Of a stretch of 64,000 nucleotides of DNA, positions 22,704-37,042 are shown one piece after another. Both the position numbers and the translations under genes were made by a program. The notes beneath the pieces are model-generated. The model searched no databases. It was not told the DNA's origin and saw nothing but the letters and a program-made list of their open reading frames with translations. The stretch is from Thecamonas trahens ATCC 50062. Its lineage: Eukaryota; Protista; Apusomonadida. How positions within the stretch are numbered: the first letter of the stretch is position 1; each line of letters begins with the position of its first letter. Location of the stretch: contig NW_013657644.1 in the NCBI RefSeq assembly GCF_000142905.1, forward strand, positions 300,826 to 364,825, given 5' to 3'.

Positions 22704-24041
22704 TCCCGAGCCTGATCCAGGGCCTGATCCAGTGCCAGACCCAGTGCAAGACCCAGTGCAAGAGCCCGATCCCGACTCCGCCGAACCCGACACAGTGCCC
22801 GATCCCGATCCCGACTCGGATACCGCCATTGCCTGTGGCTCGACAGGCAAAGTCGGCTGACTGGGTCGAGGCGGCTCGAGCGCGGTAAAGCCCGAGGTGA
22901 ACAGCGTGGTCGACTGGACCTCAAAGGTCTGCGCGTCGAGCGCGTACACGGCCTCAAGCGCGCTGCGGAGCTGGGCGGCAAGCGCAGGGAACTCGTGGAG
23001 AAGAATCGTTCGCTTGTCGGGCGTGACGTTGACGTCGTAGCCGTCACGCGGCGCAGTGATGTTGAGGAAGAGTGCCGGGTACCGGTTGGCATTGACCGAG
23101 CGGTAGACGTCGTTGGCGACCTTGGCGAGCTGCGACAGCTCGCACGGCCGGGAGTTGATGTAGAAGAACTGCCGGTCCGACGACGAGCGGCCGTCCGACG
23201 TGGCCACGCCCGGCGAGATAAGCCCGTCGAGCTTAAACGGCGATTCGTCCGACGGCGGCGCACTGACGCTCCGCAGTGCGCCGGCAAACTTGGCCCCAAA
23301 CACGTCGCGGACGTTGTCGCCGAGGCTGTTCCCGCCGGTGGTCCGCAGCAGCGTGGTCCGCCGCGAACCGACCACCGACGTCAGCAGCAGCCGTACCCCA
23401 GTCATCACCACCGCATACGCCTGCAGCCGCAGAACCATCCGGTTGAACTCGCGCTTGCGGTGCTTGGCAAACTCACGGGCCCGGACCGGGAGTGAGTAGA
23501 ACAGATCGTCGACACAGACGGTCGTCCCGCGAGTCCGTGCCGCCGGCTTGGCCTCCACCAGCTCGCCCTCGGTGTCATACACCAGCGCCGTCGCCATCTC
23601 CGCACCCTCGATCGCCGTCACAATGTTGACTTTGCCCAAGGCGCAGAGCGAGGAGAGGGCCTCGCCACGGAAGCCATACGTGCCCACCGCGGTCAGATCC
23701 TCAAAGGCTGAGAGCTTGGACGTAGTGTGCTTGCGACAGAGCGCTGCAAAGGCCGACGGATCGATCCCGCTTCCGTTGTCCTCCACTCGAATGCCACCAG
23801 CTCCATATTCAGTCACCGTCACGCTCACCGCATCGGCGCCAGCGTCCAGCGCGTTCTCCACCAGCTCCTTGACGGCCAACGCCAAGTCCAGAATGACTTG
23901 CCCCGAGCACACACGGTGGACCGTCGCCGAGTCCATCATCTTCAGCACTCCTCCGCTTGAACTCTTCTCGCTCACCTCCTCTCCGCTGCTCCCGCCGACT
24001 CCCTCACCCATGCCCTCGCTCTTTGTTTCTACCTCATCCAT
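21406..24041 (-). CDS. PMS2: Mismatch repair endonuclease PMS2 (MutL-alpha subunit), split by an apparent frameshift at ~22365-22455
   Basis: GHKL ATPase (VKELVENALDAGA, DNGSGI, TSKL, GFRGEAL, RGTTV), DRQFFYIN, DVNVTPDKR. C-terminal GQFNLGFI, DQHATDEKYNYE (DQHAx2Ex4E), ASRACR, CPHGRPT. Confidence 0.95.
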
Positions 24042-25221
24042 TTGGGTAGATAAGTACCGCGACACGCAGCCGGTCGCAGGCAAACGGATGTGGCGGAGAG
24101 AATGCGACGCCATCGATTGAGTCGCATATGAAGGGCATGATCAGAGTATATGGGCATGGCAGCCGTTGATGAGGGGGGGGAGAGAAGGTCGAGAGGATCT
24201 GGGGGTGTGGGAGAGGAGGGGAGGGGAGGCGGGGGGGGGGGGACTGCTCGCGTTGCCTGCTCTCCGCCACATACCTGTGACAAGGAGCTGCATCGTACCA
24301 GTTCTTGCCCACCCGATTCCATCAATAGATGTCATCAGCTTCTCATCATTCTCTCCTTTCCTTTCCAAGTTCGATCGGATCGGATGTTCCCGGACGAGTG
24401 GGATGATGGGCGGCGCGAGAGTGTGCCGAGGGGAAGTCGGCAAGCACGATCGGCAGCCGACACAGCCGACAGCTCTTCAAGGGGACAGCATCGCATGGTC
24501 TGGCTGAGACGAGCGCCGAGTAAACTCAGTACCTTGCCCTGACATGCAACGCCTGGGCAGCATCTTGCTCTTATTGGCCCCCCCCAGCGATTGCCATCGC
24601 GACGGGCGTGGGGTGAGCACCGGCGACGGCTGATCGCCAGTTTTCGAGAATTGGTCAAAAACTACAAACGCGGAGATGGTGTCCCATGGGACGCTTACTT
24701 CTCGACATGGTCAGGAGCGCAGTTGAAGAGTAGCTGCCGCGATGAAGGGCGTAGAGGCAAAAGAGATACACCATCACACCCACAGCATGATAGCCATTCT
24801 TGCGATGTAAATAGTTTCCCGAGAAAAGTGCTTTTGCATGGCGTGTGGGGTACGTGCTTCTCACCCCCCTCCCCCTTTATCAATAGCCGCCAGCATCAGC
24901 ACTTGTACTCCCACCACGCCGATACCAAGCTCATCGTCCCACCTTCACGACCTCTGATTTCCCCTCTCCCCTTCCTTTTTCCCTCTTTCCCTCCCTCCCT
25001 CCCTCATCATGGCTATCATCCAACTGTCCACGTTAATCGAAGCACCCGTCGCCAGAACCAAGGTTCGACCTGGGCGAGGGCACGACATGACGATCACGAT
25101 CGCGATCACGATCACGATCAGCAACCACCTCCCGCCCACCCCCACCCCCCCCCCCACTACACCCGACTCTGCACACCACACAGGACAGAGCAGGTGTGGG
25201 GGGCAGGGAGTGACGAGTAGC

Positions 25222-25499
25222 ATGCTCGAGCGGTACCTCTCCCCGCTTCTTACACATTATGTGAAAAAGTACATTCGTAACATCAAAGCCTCTGACCTCC
25301 GACTCTCGCTGTGGGGAGGTGATGTCCTCCTGCGCAACTTGGACATGCGAACAGCTGCGCTCAATGCAGAGCTTGGTCTTCCATTTGTATTTGTTTCAGG
25401 AGTCATTCCTCTTCTTCGGATACACATTCCTTGGACAGCTCTTACTTCAGAACCGGTCACAATCACTCTATCGGCTCCTCATCTGGTCTTCTCCTCACG

Positions 25500-25533
<34 letters not shown>

Positions 25534-28500
25534 GCCGAATCAGAGTCAGCGTCAGAGGCTACCACATCGCTCACTGCTGATGATGGCGATGCTGCTGCTG
25601 CTGCTGCGGCGGCGGCTGCTGCGGCTGTTGCGGCAGGTGGCTCAGGAGCAGACACTGCAGCTGATGCCGAGCCGCAAACCGAGAATCCGGCCGATGATCC
25701 GGGATGGCTCGGCTCCATTCTCGCCGGCATTGTCAACAACATCGCGGTAGTGGTCACCGATGCCGTTGTGGTCATCGCTGAGGAGCACGCCTCGGCTATC
25801 TTTGACATCGAAAGGCTCTCGTTCAATGCCTGCTCGCCGGCGTGGGACCACGCCTTCGTCCATCCGCTCGGCCCTACCAAGGCTCTGCACCAACACCTTG
25901 TCGTGACCGGCACCACGCTCTCGCTCCTTCCCACCTCGTCCGCCGCGGCGGATCTCCTCGGTCTGCCGCCGCTCTCCAAGCTTGGCGTGTCCAGCTACGA
26001 GCCGGTCGCTATCGGTTCCGGCCTCGGCTTTGAGCTCCGCATCCGCAAGCACATAGACCCGTCGCCGCTCCCACACCTCCCTCCGCTCGAGCTCGACTTT
26101 CTCATCCGTGCCTTCCATCTCGACGTCACCGATGCCACCCTCGAGCTCTTTGTTGCAGTAATGACGAGTTGTTTTGCGCCTGCGCCACCGCCGCCATCCC
26201 CGCCGGGCCAGCCGCCACCGTCGCCGCCGGGCCAGCCGCCGCCGTCGCCGCCGTCCAACCACGCTCCTGCATCACCGTCGCCGACATTGCCGCCGGCGGC
26301 GGCGGCGGCGGCCGTGCCGTCACCAGCGCCCGGCGGATGGTTCTCGTGGGCCACCGCGCTCATCGGCGACGATCCAACCTCGCTTGATGATGGCGGCGAG
26401 CTGTTCGACGACACCGCGACCCTAGAGCCGGCATCACCGCCACCTTTGGCCCTCGCCGACATGCTCAGCCTCGGCACTATCATTGGCGTCTTTGTCGACG
26501 AGGCCTCGCTGACTGTCGGCCTTGCGACGGCCGACAAGCACGGTGCAGCTGACGCCTCTCCGCTCATGGTCCTTGAGCTCGCCGGCGTCAAGTACCAGGC
26601 CCTGGGATGGGCCGGCGTCGAGCTCGGCGCTGATGCCGTGTTTGGCATCCAGCGCGCAAGCCTGCACTATGCGCCCGGCGAGACGTGCATTGCCTATCTC
26701 GGGCCGCACTCGGACGAGCCGCGGCACCCGGGTCTTCTTGATCACTCGCTCTTTGCAGCCTCCGACGCGTCGGCCCCCTCTGCACTGTACTCTGGCATCA
26801 ACCGGGTTGAGCGGTCGGCGTCGCCGCGGATGCTTGCTCTGCTTGAAGCGGCGGCGCAGACACTCCCGCCGCCGCTACCCTCGTCGGCCGCCTATCTCCT
26901 TGACGAAGCCGTCTTTCCGGCGCTCTTTCTCGTCTCGCGCTCGGTTGCGCCGCCGGCCGCCGCCCTGCCCGGCGGCCGAGCTGCGCTCATCGACTCACCC
27001 GACGAGCTGCCCATCGCTTCGGAGCTCACGCTCCTGGTCGGTCATATCCAGGTTCTGCTCCTTCCGCACGCGCTCGACACACTCGTCTGGCTCTTCACTC
27101 CGACACTACCGCCGACACTCCTGCCAGCGTCCTCGTCACCGCATTGTGATGAGGAGCCTTTGGCGGATGATGACGTTGCACACACAGCCGACTCGCTCCG
27201 CGACAAACTGCTCGATGTATGGACGTCAGTGCCGCCGGCGTTGCTTGACATCCGGGTCAACGGCGCCGTCTTGCTCATTGCCCCCAATCTCCCGCCGCAC
27301 GTGGTGGACGCCGCACTGAGCGGCCCCACGGCGGCGTTGTTCTCGGCCCGCTCATCCGGTGCGAGCTCGACCTCCTCACCGTCACCAATCACGAGTCGTT
27401 CCTCCCCCTGCAGCCGCTCTCGTACACGGCCGCAACCTGGAGCACAGCGCCGGACGCGGTGGCCTCTGCGCCGTCGCCGCGGCCGGCCTCGGGCCTTCCT
27501 ACGCCGCGAGGCTCCTCACTCGACCTGGCTCGCCTCGCCGTCGCCTCGTCCGAGCTCTCCGAGGCCGGGGCCCAGGCCGCCGCCGCCGCTGCCATGGCCC
27601 GCGTCTCGTCGCTCGCCTCGATCACCTCGCCCTTTGGCTCGGCTGCCACCGCCATGGACGAGCTCGCCGGGGATACTGTTGAGCGGTACCTGTACAACTC
27701 AATGACCTTTGCGCTCCACGCCGGAACCGTTGGCCTCGTCGCCTCGGCGCCCGCCTCGGCACCTGCCGGCGTCGGCGTTGCCGCCTCACATGCGCCGTTC
27801 ACCAGCCTCACGCCTCAGCCTGTCGATGCCAGCTGCGTCCTCAAGACCGCGCTTGTCGACCCGCGTCCAGACTGCGGCGAGCTGCCGGATGCCTGGGAGC
27901 TCGTCTTTCCCTCGTTCTCGGTCAACCTTGCCCTGCCCGCTCTCCGCATCGAGCTCTCGCCCGGCGCCGCCGCTGCTCTCGCCTGGCTCTTTTCCGAGGA
28001 CCTTGTTCCGATGTACTGGCCGACAGCGCCGCCAAGCGAGCCCGTCGCCGTCCTACCACCCGAGTTCTGGCACTCTGTTCTTGCGCCAGACGCCCCGGGC
28101 TACGTCCTCGAGCTTGTGCTCGAAGAGCTCCGCTGTGGTTACCACGACAAGGGCGCGGCTGCCACTGTGGTTGAAGTCTACCTTCGCTCAGCCGAAGTCG
28201 CGGCCTCGCTCCGTGGCACACATTCGCACTGCAGCGCGTGCCGCGAGACAAACGAGGTCGTTGTGCTCCTCTCGTCGACGCCGCCGGCGCATGCTGCACC
28301 GGAGGCGGCCTCCGGGCGTGAGCGAAGCCACGACCCAGCATCGCACTACGCCCAGCCGTACGTTGCCGCTGCCATGGTCCAGATTCCGTGGGTCCCGGGC
28401 TGCATGGCGCTGCGGCCGATGGCAGTTGCCCGCCTTGCTCGCCTCCATCTGCTGTGGGACCCTGTGGTCTCGGTCTGGCACGATCACGTCTCTGCTCTCC

Positions 28501-31500
28501 TCGCTGCGCTTGTCCCGCTCCCGCATGCTGCGGCTTCAGCGCTCTCGCTCGCGGCCACCGCCGGCCTCGGACCACTCCTGGCCGAGCTCTCGGCCTCGCC
28601 GCTTGTCGCTGCGCCGACAGATGACGCCGCTGCCGGCAGCGGGGCCTGCCATCTTGTCCGGACCCCGGCTCACACTTCGATTGCTGCCTGGCGCACTGCG
28701 GCCGCCGACGCCGCGGCCGCGGCTCTCGCCTCGGTCACGGCCGGCACTGCGCCTGAGCGGCTCGAGGACATGATCCACCTCCATTGGTCGTCGGTTGCCG
28801 CGCTTGGTCTCTACCTTCATCTGCAGGCACCTGCCCTCTACCTGCCGGCGACCCACACCCACAGCTGCATCAAGGGCTACTCGCCGACGACGCTGGTGGT
28901 CCAGCTCCCGCAGCTTGTCGTCCAGCCACAGTACCACCAGCTCTCGGTCCCGCTCGCCGCCATTCCGCCGGGCTCGTGGCTCACCTCGCTGCCGCTGGCC
29001 TCGTTCCCAGTCCGCGGCCCACGCCTTGGCCCGCGGCCGGACGAGCTCGCCACGTTGCCCTGGGCGCTCGAAGTCTCGCGGCTCGAGGTCTACTCGCTCG
29101 TGGCACCGCCGTCGTCGCCCGAGCTCGCCACTCACCCGCTCACCATTCTCTCCGGCTACAGGGTCACCGGCTCGCTTGGCATTTCTGCCGATGCCAAGTA
29201 CGGGCTCGCCCTCGCGGTCGACGTCGCTCCGGTCTCGGTCAGCATCACTCATGAGCAGCTCCTTGTCCTCGCTGCCTTTTCCGCCGAGTCACTCGCCGAG
29301 CTTGCACCGCAACGCCACGCTGTCCCGCCGGTTGCCTACGACCTGGATGCACCAGTCACGGCCCTCCTCGCTTCGCTCGACGTCGAGACCGGGACGCTTC
29401 TGCCGATGACGCTCCTCACTGCCGCCGCCGCCTCGCACGTAGGCTCGCCGCGGACCGGCACGGCCGCGCTCCTCGAGCTCCTCGGCTCGGCTGGCTATGT
29501 GCCTCGCGACGTGCGCTCGCGCTCCAATTCGTCCGACGAGCTCTCGTCGGGCGTCCAGACGCCGACGTCGATGATGGCCTTTGGCATGTCTGCCGCCCAG
29601 CTGTTGGCGTCGCTCGCCGACTCGTCGCGCGCCCGCGCCGCCGCCGCGTCGACAGCCGACCAAACAGCTGCCCAGCTCCGGAGTGAGACCCCGGTCTCGC
29701 TCTCGGCCCACATCGACTTGCCGTCGGTCGTTGTCACCATCGGCATGCCACCGGCCACCGCGGGCTCGCCGCTCATGCTCGAGCTAGTCTCTGCCGCTGT
29801 CGACATCGAGCTCGAGTCACGGTTTCTCTCGCTGGCGTACAGCCACTCCCGCCTCTGGCTTGCGCTCAAAGACAGCTCGCACGACCCGCTGCTCAAGATT
29901 GCCCTCCCGGACGCGCTGCTGCAGTGGCGCGGCTCGGTCGACGCCCACTCGTCAGCAGGCTTGGATCCGCGCCCGGCCGACTCACTCGGCGCGTCGGTGG
30001 TCAACCTCGCGCCGCACCGCTACGACATTGAGCTTGGCCAGACCTCGGTCCACCTCGTTCCTGCGGCCCTGGTTGAGTGCACCGTGGCGCTCGGCGACGC
30101 GCTGCGGGCGCGCGGACCGCAGCGCGGCAGCGCCGCCGCGGCCGTGGCGGCTGGCGTGGTGGTCGACGACGATCACGTCGCGGCGGTGCTCGTACCAGCT
30201 GTTGTCCGCGACGACCCGCCGCTCATCGACTTGACGACCAAGTCGATCGAGATTGCGGTGCTCCCGCCAGCCTCCGCTGCCTCCAGCCCGGTGGTGGTCA
30301 GGCTCGGCGCCATTTCGCTCCGGTCTGCGGTCGATGCCCAGCCGCTGCACGGCTCGTTCCGCTCGGTCATCTCATACAAGCTGGATGTGAGCGCTCTATG
30401 CGCTCTGCCGCTGATGCCTTTGCCGGTGGATGTGTCTGCTTCGGCCGCGCTACCGCTGCATCACCAGCCGCTGCTGGCCGATGTGTACGCTGTCTCACGG
30501 TGCGAGTGGCAGCCGGCCGCGGACGCGATGGTGCTCTCGGTCTCTTTGGTCGATCTTGATTTGCGCGAGAAGTCGCTTGTCGCGCTTGATGCGCTCATTA
30601 CCCACACGCTTGAGCCGGTGTCTCGCAAGTTGCTGCCCGCTCTGGGCTGGGAGCCAGCGCCAGCCCCGGCCGCTACGCTTGCCTGGGGTGAGATGTTTCG
30701 CAGCGTTCCGGGCGCGCTCGAGCTCGTGTTGGAGGGAGCAAGCGCGGTGGGTGAGGACGATCTCCGGCTCTGCCTGGGGCGGCTGTCGGCGGGCCTCAAG
30801 GTGCCACCACCGGGCTCGTCGGGCGCGCTAGCTCGGGCCAAGGGCGAGCTTGCACTCAACTCGCTTGTTCTCGAGCGGGCTGGCGCGGCGCTGCTTGACT
30901 GGGGCGGGGCGGGAGCGCAAGCACTTTGCATCACGCTGCGCATTCCGCTTGTGTCGTCGTCGATGCTCGGTGCACCGCCTGTCCGGCTCGTCGCCGAGGC
31001 CACGGCGGTCCACGGCAGTTTTGACGTGGCGGACGTGGCTGCCGTCGCCGGCATCGCAACACGGCTGGCGTCGAGCATGGGTCGGCTCAGCGGCCTGGCC
31101 GGAAGCGAGCGTTCAGCGGCGACAACAGCCGGCCCACTTGCTGCCGATGCGGCGCCTCTTCCGCGTGCCGAAGCCAAGCTCGTGCTCGGCAGGATGAAGC
31201 TCGGAGTCGGGTGCGTGGAGCTCGTGAGCGATGGCGGCTTTGCGCTCCTCCACCACGAGCTAGAAGCTGGGACTCTCCATGCCGAAGCTCTTGTCCGTGA
31301 CGTGGCGGTGGTGTGCAACGGTGAGCATCTCAGTGCTCCGCTCGAGATCAATGCAATTGCCGACGCGCCCGCCGCAGCCGACGCTGTCGCCCCGCTCAAG
31401 CTCGACGTCCAGCTCTCTGCTGTCGACGTGACAGTCAGCCGCGCACAGCTTGCGGTTGTTGCGGCACTTGCTGACGAGCTAGGCATGGCCCTTGCGCATG

Positions 31501-34500
31501 TGATGGACAGAGAGAGTGCCGAGGCAGTGGAAAGCGATGTTCAGCGCTGCGTCGCGGTCCGCGACTTGTCGCGCGATGAGCTGCGTTCGGGCTCGTCGTG
31601 GTCCGCGGCGGTCAGCTCTGTTGTTGTGGCGCCCGACGTGGTGTCGACCGAGGCCGGCGAGTCGCATTCGCCGAGCTCGATTGGCGCCGATGCACGAACC
31701 GCGCTGGCTGAGGCGGCCGGCCGGTACGACTCGATCCTTGCGTGGAGCTATGCTGGAGCGAGCCGAACGCTTGCTGCAGTCTCGCTCGGTGGGCGGATGC
31801 GGGTGCGCGACGATGCCGAGGCGCAAGTTCTGGAGCTCGAGTGTGAGCTGCAGTACTTTGCGTCGTCGGCGCGGGCGTACCAGGTGGCAGCGCGGTTTGC
31901 GCTCTCGCTCACCGAGCCGAACGTGATTGAGGTCTTCCCGCACCTGGTTGACGGCCGGGTGGCGTCGCGCAAGTGGCGGATCTGCGTCCTCACCTCGGAC
32001 GCCCATGTCGAGGCGGCGCGGAGCACGTTTCTGGGCAAGTGGTGGGCGGCGGATGCGCAGCGAGCGACAGCGACACTTACCGGCCGCCTGCCGTGGGCGC
32101 TCTTTCTACGGCACACGCTTGTGGTTGACTCTGTGGCAGTCGACTCGTTGAGCCCATGGCTCTCGCTGGTGGCGGGTACACCGTCGCTGCGTGTGGCGGT
32201 GACCGACGGCGAGCGGCGCGGTGCGGCGTGCGTGGCCGAGGCGAGCAAGGTGAGCCTGCGGGCGGCGGTGGCGTCGGCCGGCCCGATCGAAGTGGTTGCC
32301 CGCGCCGGGGTTGGCCTCGCGGTTGCGTCGCCGCGGGAGGCCGCGCTGGTGCCTGTACTCTTGCGCACCGAGGTGCGGCTGGCCGGTGGGCTGGAGGCTG
32401 TACCGGACGCGGTGTGGATGGCAAGGCGAAACCGGCCGCGGGTCGAGGGCCGCGGCGCGCGGCCAGTCCCAGTGCTCACTAGCATGAGGGCCGAAGCAGT
32501 GCTGGATGAGCCAGGCCCCGCGTTACGGGGCGGACTCACACTCTCGGTGCGCTCGCTCGAGCTTGCCCTCTCCCCAGTGGCAATGGCAGCGCTAGTCCGG
32601 ATTGTGACGGCGTGGGACGCGCCGTACGCGAGGTACCTCGTTGCAAACCGGACACAACGGGTGCTTTGGGTCGGTCTTGACGACGGACAGCGGGCCAAGC
32701 TTGAGCCGGGCGGGCGCGCGGTGCCACTTGTGCCGCTGGTACCTGTGTCGAGCGCTGCGGCACGGGTCTGGGTGTGGACGTCACCGCTGGGGGCTGGATC
32801 CGACTCTACCAGCTCGGCCGTGCCGAGCTTTGAGCTAACGGCTGCGAGCGAGGTCCAGAAGCTGGACGTGCTCCACGAGACGTGCTACGTGAAGAGCGCG
32901 AGTGCGGGCGCGGGCCAAGTCTCGGGGATTGAGCTTGTGCTTTCGGGCTCGGTCGAGGTGTCCAACGCGACCAAGCATGCTCTGGCGATCGAGCCGGGCC
33001 CAGGCCTGGTCGGCTCGCCGCTCGAGCTTGCGCCGGGCGGCGAGGTGAGTTGGATGATTGCACGCGGAGCTGAAGCGCGGCTGGTGGTTGATGGAGCAGA
33101 CATGGTGTGGCGGCGCGGAAGTACGGCGAGTGTGACCACGCTGCTGGGCGCGCGCACACGATTGTGCTTGTCTGGAAGCGCGGACCGACTGCGAGTGGTT
33201 GTCTTGCCTGCGGTGGAGGTGTTCAACGACACGCCAGTGGTGCTGTGGGCGCGCGCGTCCGGGGCGCCGGTGGAGGCGCGGGTCGAGGTTCCACCGGGTG
33301 GCTCTGCGGTGCTGGGGCGTGACGCGGTGGAGGCCGGCGTGGTTGTAGCGCTCGGCGCGGTGGCGGACCTTGTCTTTGCGTGGTCGCGGCCGCCTGTGGT
33401 AGCGCCGGCGGATGTCGGAGCGAGCGACTCGCGGGTTGCGCTCGACTATCACTCGCTGAGCGGCGAGCGGGTGGCAAACCTCGAGCTGGAGGTGGTGCAC
33501 GGACAGGCGGGCCAAATCCGGTTTGGGCTCGAGGCCACCGTTGTCAACCACACGCACGTTGTACTTGGGGTCCGAGTCGGCGATCGGGTGCTGGCGGCGC
33601 TGCCTGGCGAGTCGTTGCCGCTGTGCGGGGTCGGGCGGGGGCGGACGTCGCCGCAGGTGATGCTAGGCGTGGTGCCGTCTGCCATGGCTGCTGCACCGAC
33701 GCGCGAGACCAGCCGCGAGGTCGGGGTAGGGGTCCCTGAGCGGGGCATGTCCTGGTCGTCGGCGTTTTCGCTCGGCAAAGTGCTCGAGTCGAAGCACAAG
33801 TGCGTGGTGGTGAGCTTCCGGATCGAGACTGCCGAGGCGAGTGAGATCGGGCAGGTTGTGGCTGAGGCGAGCGCCGACGAGGGCGTGCTGCGGCTAGCGG
33901 TCCGACCACGGTACCAGGTGGTCAACACGCTCGAGGCTCCGGTGTGCTTGCGGATTTGCGGGCGCGAGGCGGTGCATGTGGTGGAGGGTTGCGGAGCTGG
34001 ACAGCTGCTCACGTTTCCAATGGACGCAGGTCTGAAAAGCGTGCGCGATGCTGTGCCGCGGGTGTCTGTGGCGTCGCTGCCTGCGGGTGCAGGCTCTGTG
34101 GACGACCTTGTGTGGTCACCATGGCTGCATGTGGCTGCACCTGTGGCTGCACCGTCTGTTGCGCTGGTGGACGATGATGGGGCGCCTTGGGTGGTGGCTG
34201 TGGAGGGGCTGAGCATGGCGCAGAGCGTGAGCATGGTGCTTGCACGGCGCGCACCGCCGTTTGTCCTCCGGAACCTCTCGAGCGTGCCGCTACTGTATCG
34301 GCAGGCGGCAAGTGACGAGCTGCGCGAAGTGGGTCCTGGTGGGGCGGCCGAGTACACTTGGGCCGACTGGGCGGCGTCGAACGAGGACGCATTTCTCGTC
34401 GACGAGCGCGGCGGCGGTGGCAAGGCCAAGGCCGGCGCGTGCCCGCTTTGGCGTCGCAAGTGCTCAGCTCTGCCGAGCCGTGGTGGATTTCTCGACTGGC

Positions 34501-36385
34501 ACGGAGTAGCGACGGAGCGACGCCACTGGCGCTGCAGGTCGGGGTCGGGCTGGCGAGTGGCGACGCGTCGTCGACGTGGTCGGAGCCGTTTGCGCTCGAC
34601 GCGCCACCAGCGCGGGTGATACTCGGCGGAGGTGGCGAGGTCTGTGTGAACCGGAGCGTGGATGGAATGACGCAAGTACTGGTCTTCAGCGATCCGGGTG
34701 CCGAGAGCGGGCGTGATCAAGCGGCTGCAGCAGTGGCTGGAATGATGCTCCGGCTGGACGCCGGGCTGCTTCGGCTTGGACTGTACAGCATGGACGAGGG
34801 AAGCCAACGCGGTGGCGAGACTGGCCGGGAAGAGCCGCAGGATGCGCGGGATGGACTCAAGGTGAGCTGGCTGAGACCGGTGGCGCTAGCGGAGATGCGC
34901 GGAGTGCGCGGTGCAGCCGAGGTGCGGACTCGGGCACAGCACTCGCAGCAGTGGGGCTTTGGGCTCGAGGTGGAGCGGTCGCAGGTCGACAGCTACGTGG
35001 CTGACTCGCCGTTTGACGTGGTGATGGCACCCAAGGCGCAGCGGCGACGGGGCGGGAGCGCGCCACCGAGCCAGAGGCCCAAGTGGTTCCGCGGGCTGTG
35101 CGTGGTGACGCTTAGCGGCGGCGGGATGTCAGTGCAGTGTGCCGAGGTGGGGCTTGCACCAACGAGTGTGTTTGTTGACGACGCACTGGTGAGCGGCCTC
35201 GGGATGGCGCTGGCGGCGGTAGGCGCGCCTGTGGTTGCAGCGAGCCAGGCGAGCGGAGGGCGAGCAGAGAGTGTGCTGAACGGCAAGGGCGGAGTTGAGC
35301 CGGCGCTGTGTGCGAAGATCGAGTCGACGGTACTTGGCGCGACGTACGTTCAGATGGACGAGCTTGTTGTTTCACCACTAGAGTTTGAGGTAACGCTGCG
35401 GGTGTCTGTTGGCGTTGCACTGGGGCTGGAGGCGACGCCTGTGGCGGTGGGCGGGGCGAGGCTTGGGGCGCACTGCTGGCGGCCCGAGGTGCTGGGCGAG
35501 ATCCTGGCGGCGCGATACATTTCGGACGCGCTGCTGATGACGCCGGCGCTGCTGGGCTCGCTGGAGCTGCTCGGCAATCCCACCGGCCTTGTGCGCGATG
35601 TCTCGTCTGGCCTCGCGGACCTGTTTCTCATGCCGTACCACGGATGGTCGTCGGGCCCGGTGGGCTTTGCGGCTGGACTGGGGTCTGGCGTGTCGTCGCT
35701 GCTGCGGCACACGGCATCAGGCACGCTCGGCTCGCTCTCGTCGCTCTCGGGGGCAATGGCGCGAAACCTGAACAAGCTCTCTGCAGCGCGGGCGCAGGCG
35801 CAGGCACTGGCAGCAGCACAGAGTCAGCAGCCGGCAGCCGCGGCGAGCACTAGCGCTGAGCCTGGTGGCGGCGAGAATGCGGGAGGGCGGCTGTTCTCGG
35901 TCCTCTCCAGCGGCTTGCTCGGCGCAGTGGCCCGGCCGGTCGAGGGCGTGCTCGCCATGGTCTCGCAGACCTCGCGCGGGCTGATGCAGACGGTCGGCCT
36001 TGCGGATGCGGTGACGCCGATTCGCATCCAGGAGGAGCTGGTGGCGGCCGGCCTGTGGCTCGGCCCGCATCAGCGGGCGTACGAGGCGCTAGTGGCGCAC
36101 AGCAGCGGGCAAGGCGTCGAGCTCGTTTGGGCCTCATTTGGCAGCGGGGGCGAGGTGTGGATCCTCTCCTGGGTCGATCTGGCGACAACGGCCACCCTTC
36201 CGAGCGGAGCGCTCTCGGAGCGGCGCGGGCGCGCCGGCCAGTGGCTCAAGGATGTGTGGCCAGAGCTGGGCCAGGGACTGCGGCGTCGACTCGCCAAGGG
36301 CGATCTCTACGGCTGCGGGCTCCAGCTGTGGGTGGCAGAGCGCGAGTGCGCTGTCGAAGCCATGCTTGTGTTGCGTCGGACGTGA
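25222..36385 (+). CDS. VPS13B: VPS13B (COH1)-like lipid-transfer protein, ~3700 aa, intronless, with two apparent frameshifts (~27325, ~34435)
   Basis: Chorein-N MLERYLSPLLTHYVKKYIRNIKASDLRLSLWGGDVLL matches the VPS13B N-terminus. VAB-type repeats (RYLVANRT, VEVFNDT, YQVVNTL, FVLRNLS). C-terminal LGSLELLGNPTGLVRDVSSGLADLF. Three overlapping ORFs lie in successive -1 frames. Confidence 0.88.
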
Positions 36386-36749
36386 GGAAAGAGAAAGGAA
36401 TGATACTGACGATGATGTTCGCAGTGGTAGAGACTGCGGCGCTCACCACCAGATGAAGTCTATTGCGTAGCTAACCTGCCCGCCAGCACTGGCCAGTGCC
36501 ATCATGGCATGACCCGGCGCCACTGTGTCGATCAGCGGCAGAGGCGGCACCACCTCACCCCCCCCCCCACCCCCCCTCTCCCCCCCCCCACCACCCCCAC
36601 CACCCCCCTCCTCCCACCCCCCCACGCCCCACTCCACTACAAGGTACGTATATCAGGCCTGTTTAAGCATGGCAATGGTAGCGGTAGCTGGCACCTAGCT
36701 GTAGCGCAGGGGTAGGGAGAGCAGGCCGCAGGCGCGGTGCGCGCCGAGT

Positions 36750-37042
36750 GGCGCCAAATGTCCCTGGCGGGAAAACATGGGCCGATCGATCAGGGGCGCG
36801 GGGGGGCGCGGTGGCGATTGTGGCGGAGGGGTAGACATTGAGCTGAAGCTAGGGCATGAGGCACGTTTAAGCCAAGCCAACTCCATACGCATGGTACCCA
36901 AACAACATACAGCTACTGTTGTGAGTTTGGAGTATGGGCGTGTGCGTATGTGGTGTGGCGGGGTGCTGGAAGATCGGCGTTGCTGCGAGGGTGACACGGC
37001 TCGGTCCAAATGGCGCGCGATGGCAATCGACTCTTTGGCGCC
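36750..37042. promoter_or_regulatory. Cluster of three E2F/DP-like sites upstream of the gene at 37261
   Basis: TTTGGCGCC (minus, 36750-36758), TTTTCCCGCCA (minus, 36765-36775), TTTGGCGCC (plus, 37034-37042). Confidence 0.35.

Noticed and set aside
21406-24041. PMS2, VPS13B and ACOT9 as pseudogenes
   Set aside because: Conserved motifs are intact on both sides of each break and there are no other lesions.
24300-24900. Lower-GC stretch between PMS2 and VPS13B as a MITE or ncRNA
   Set aside because: No terminal inverted repeats, target-site duplication or recognisable RNA motif was seen; treated as a divergent promoter region.
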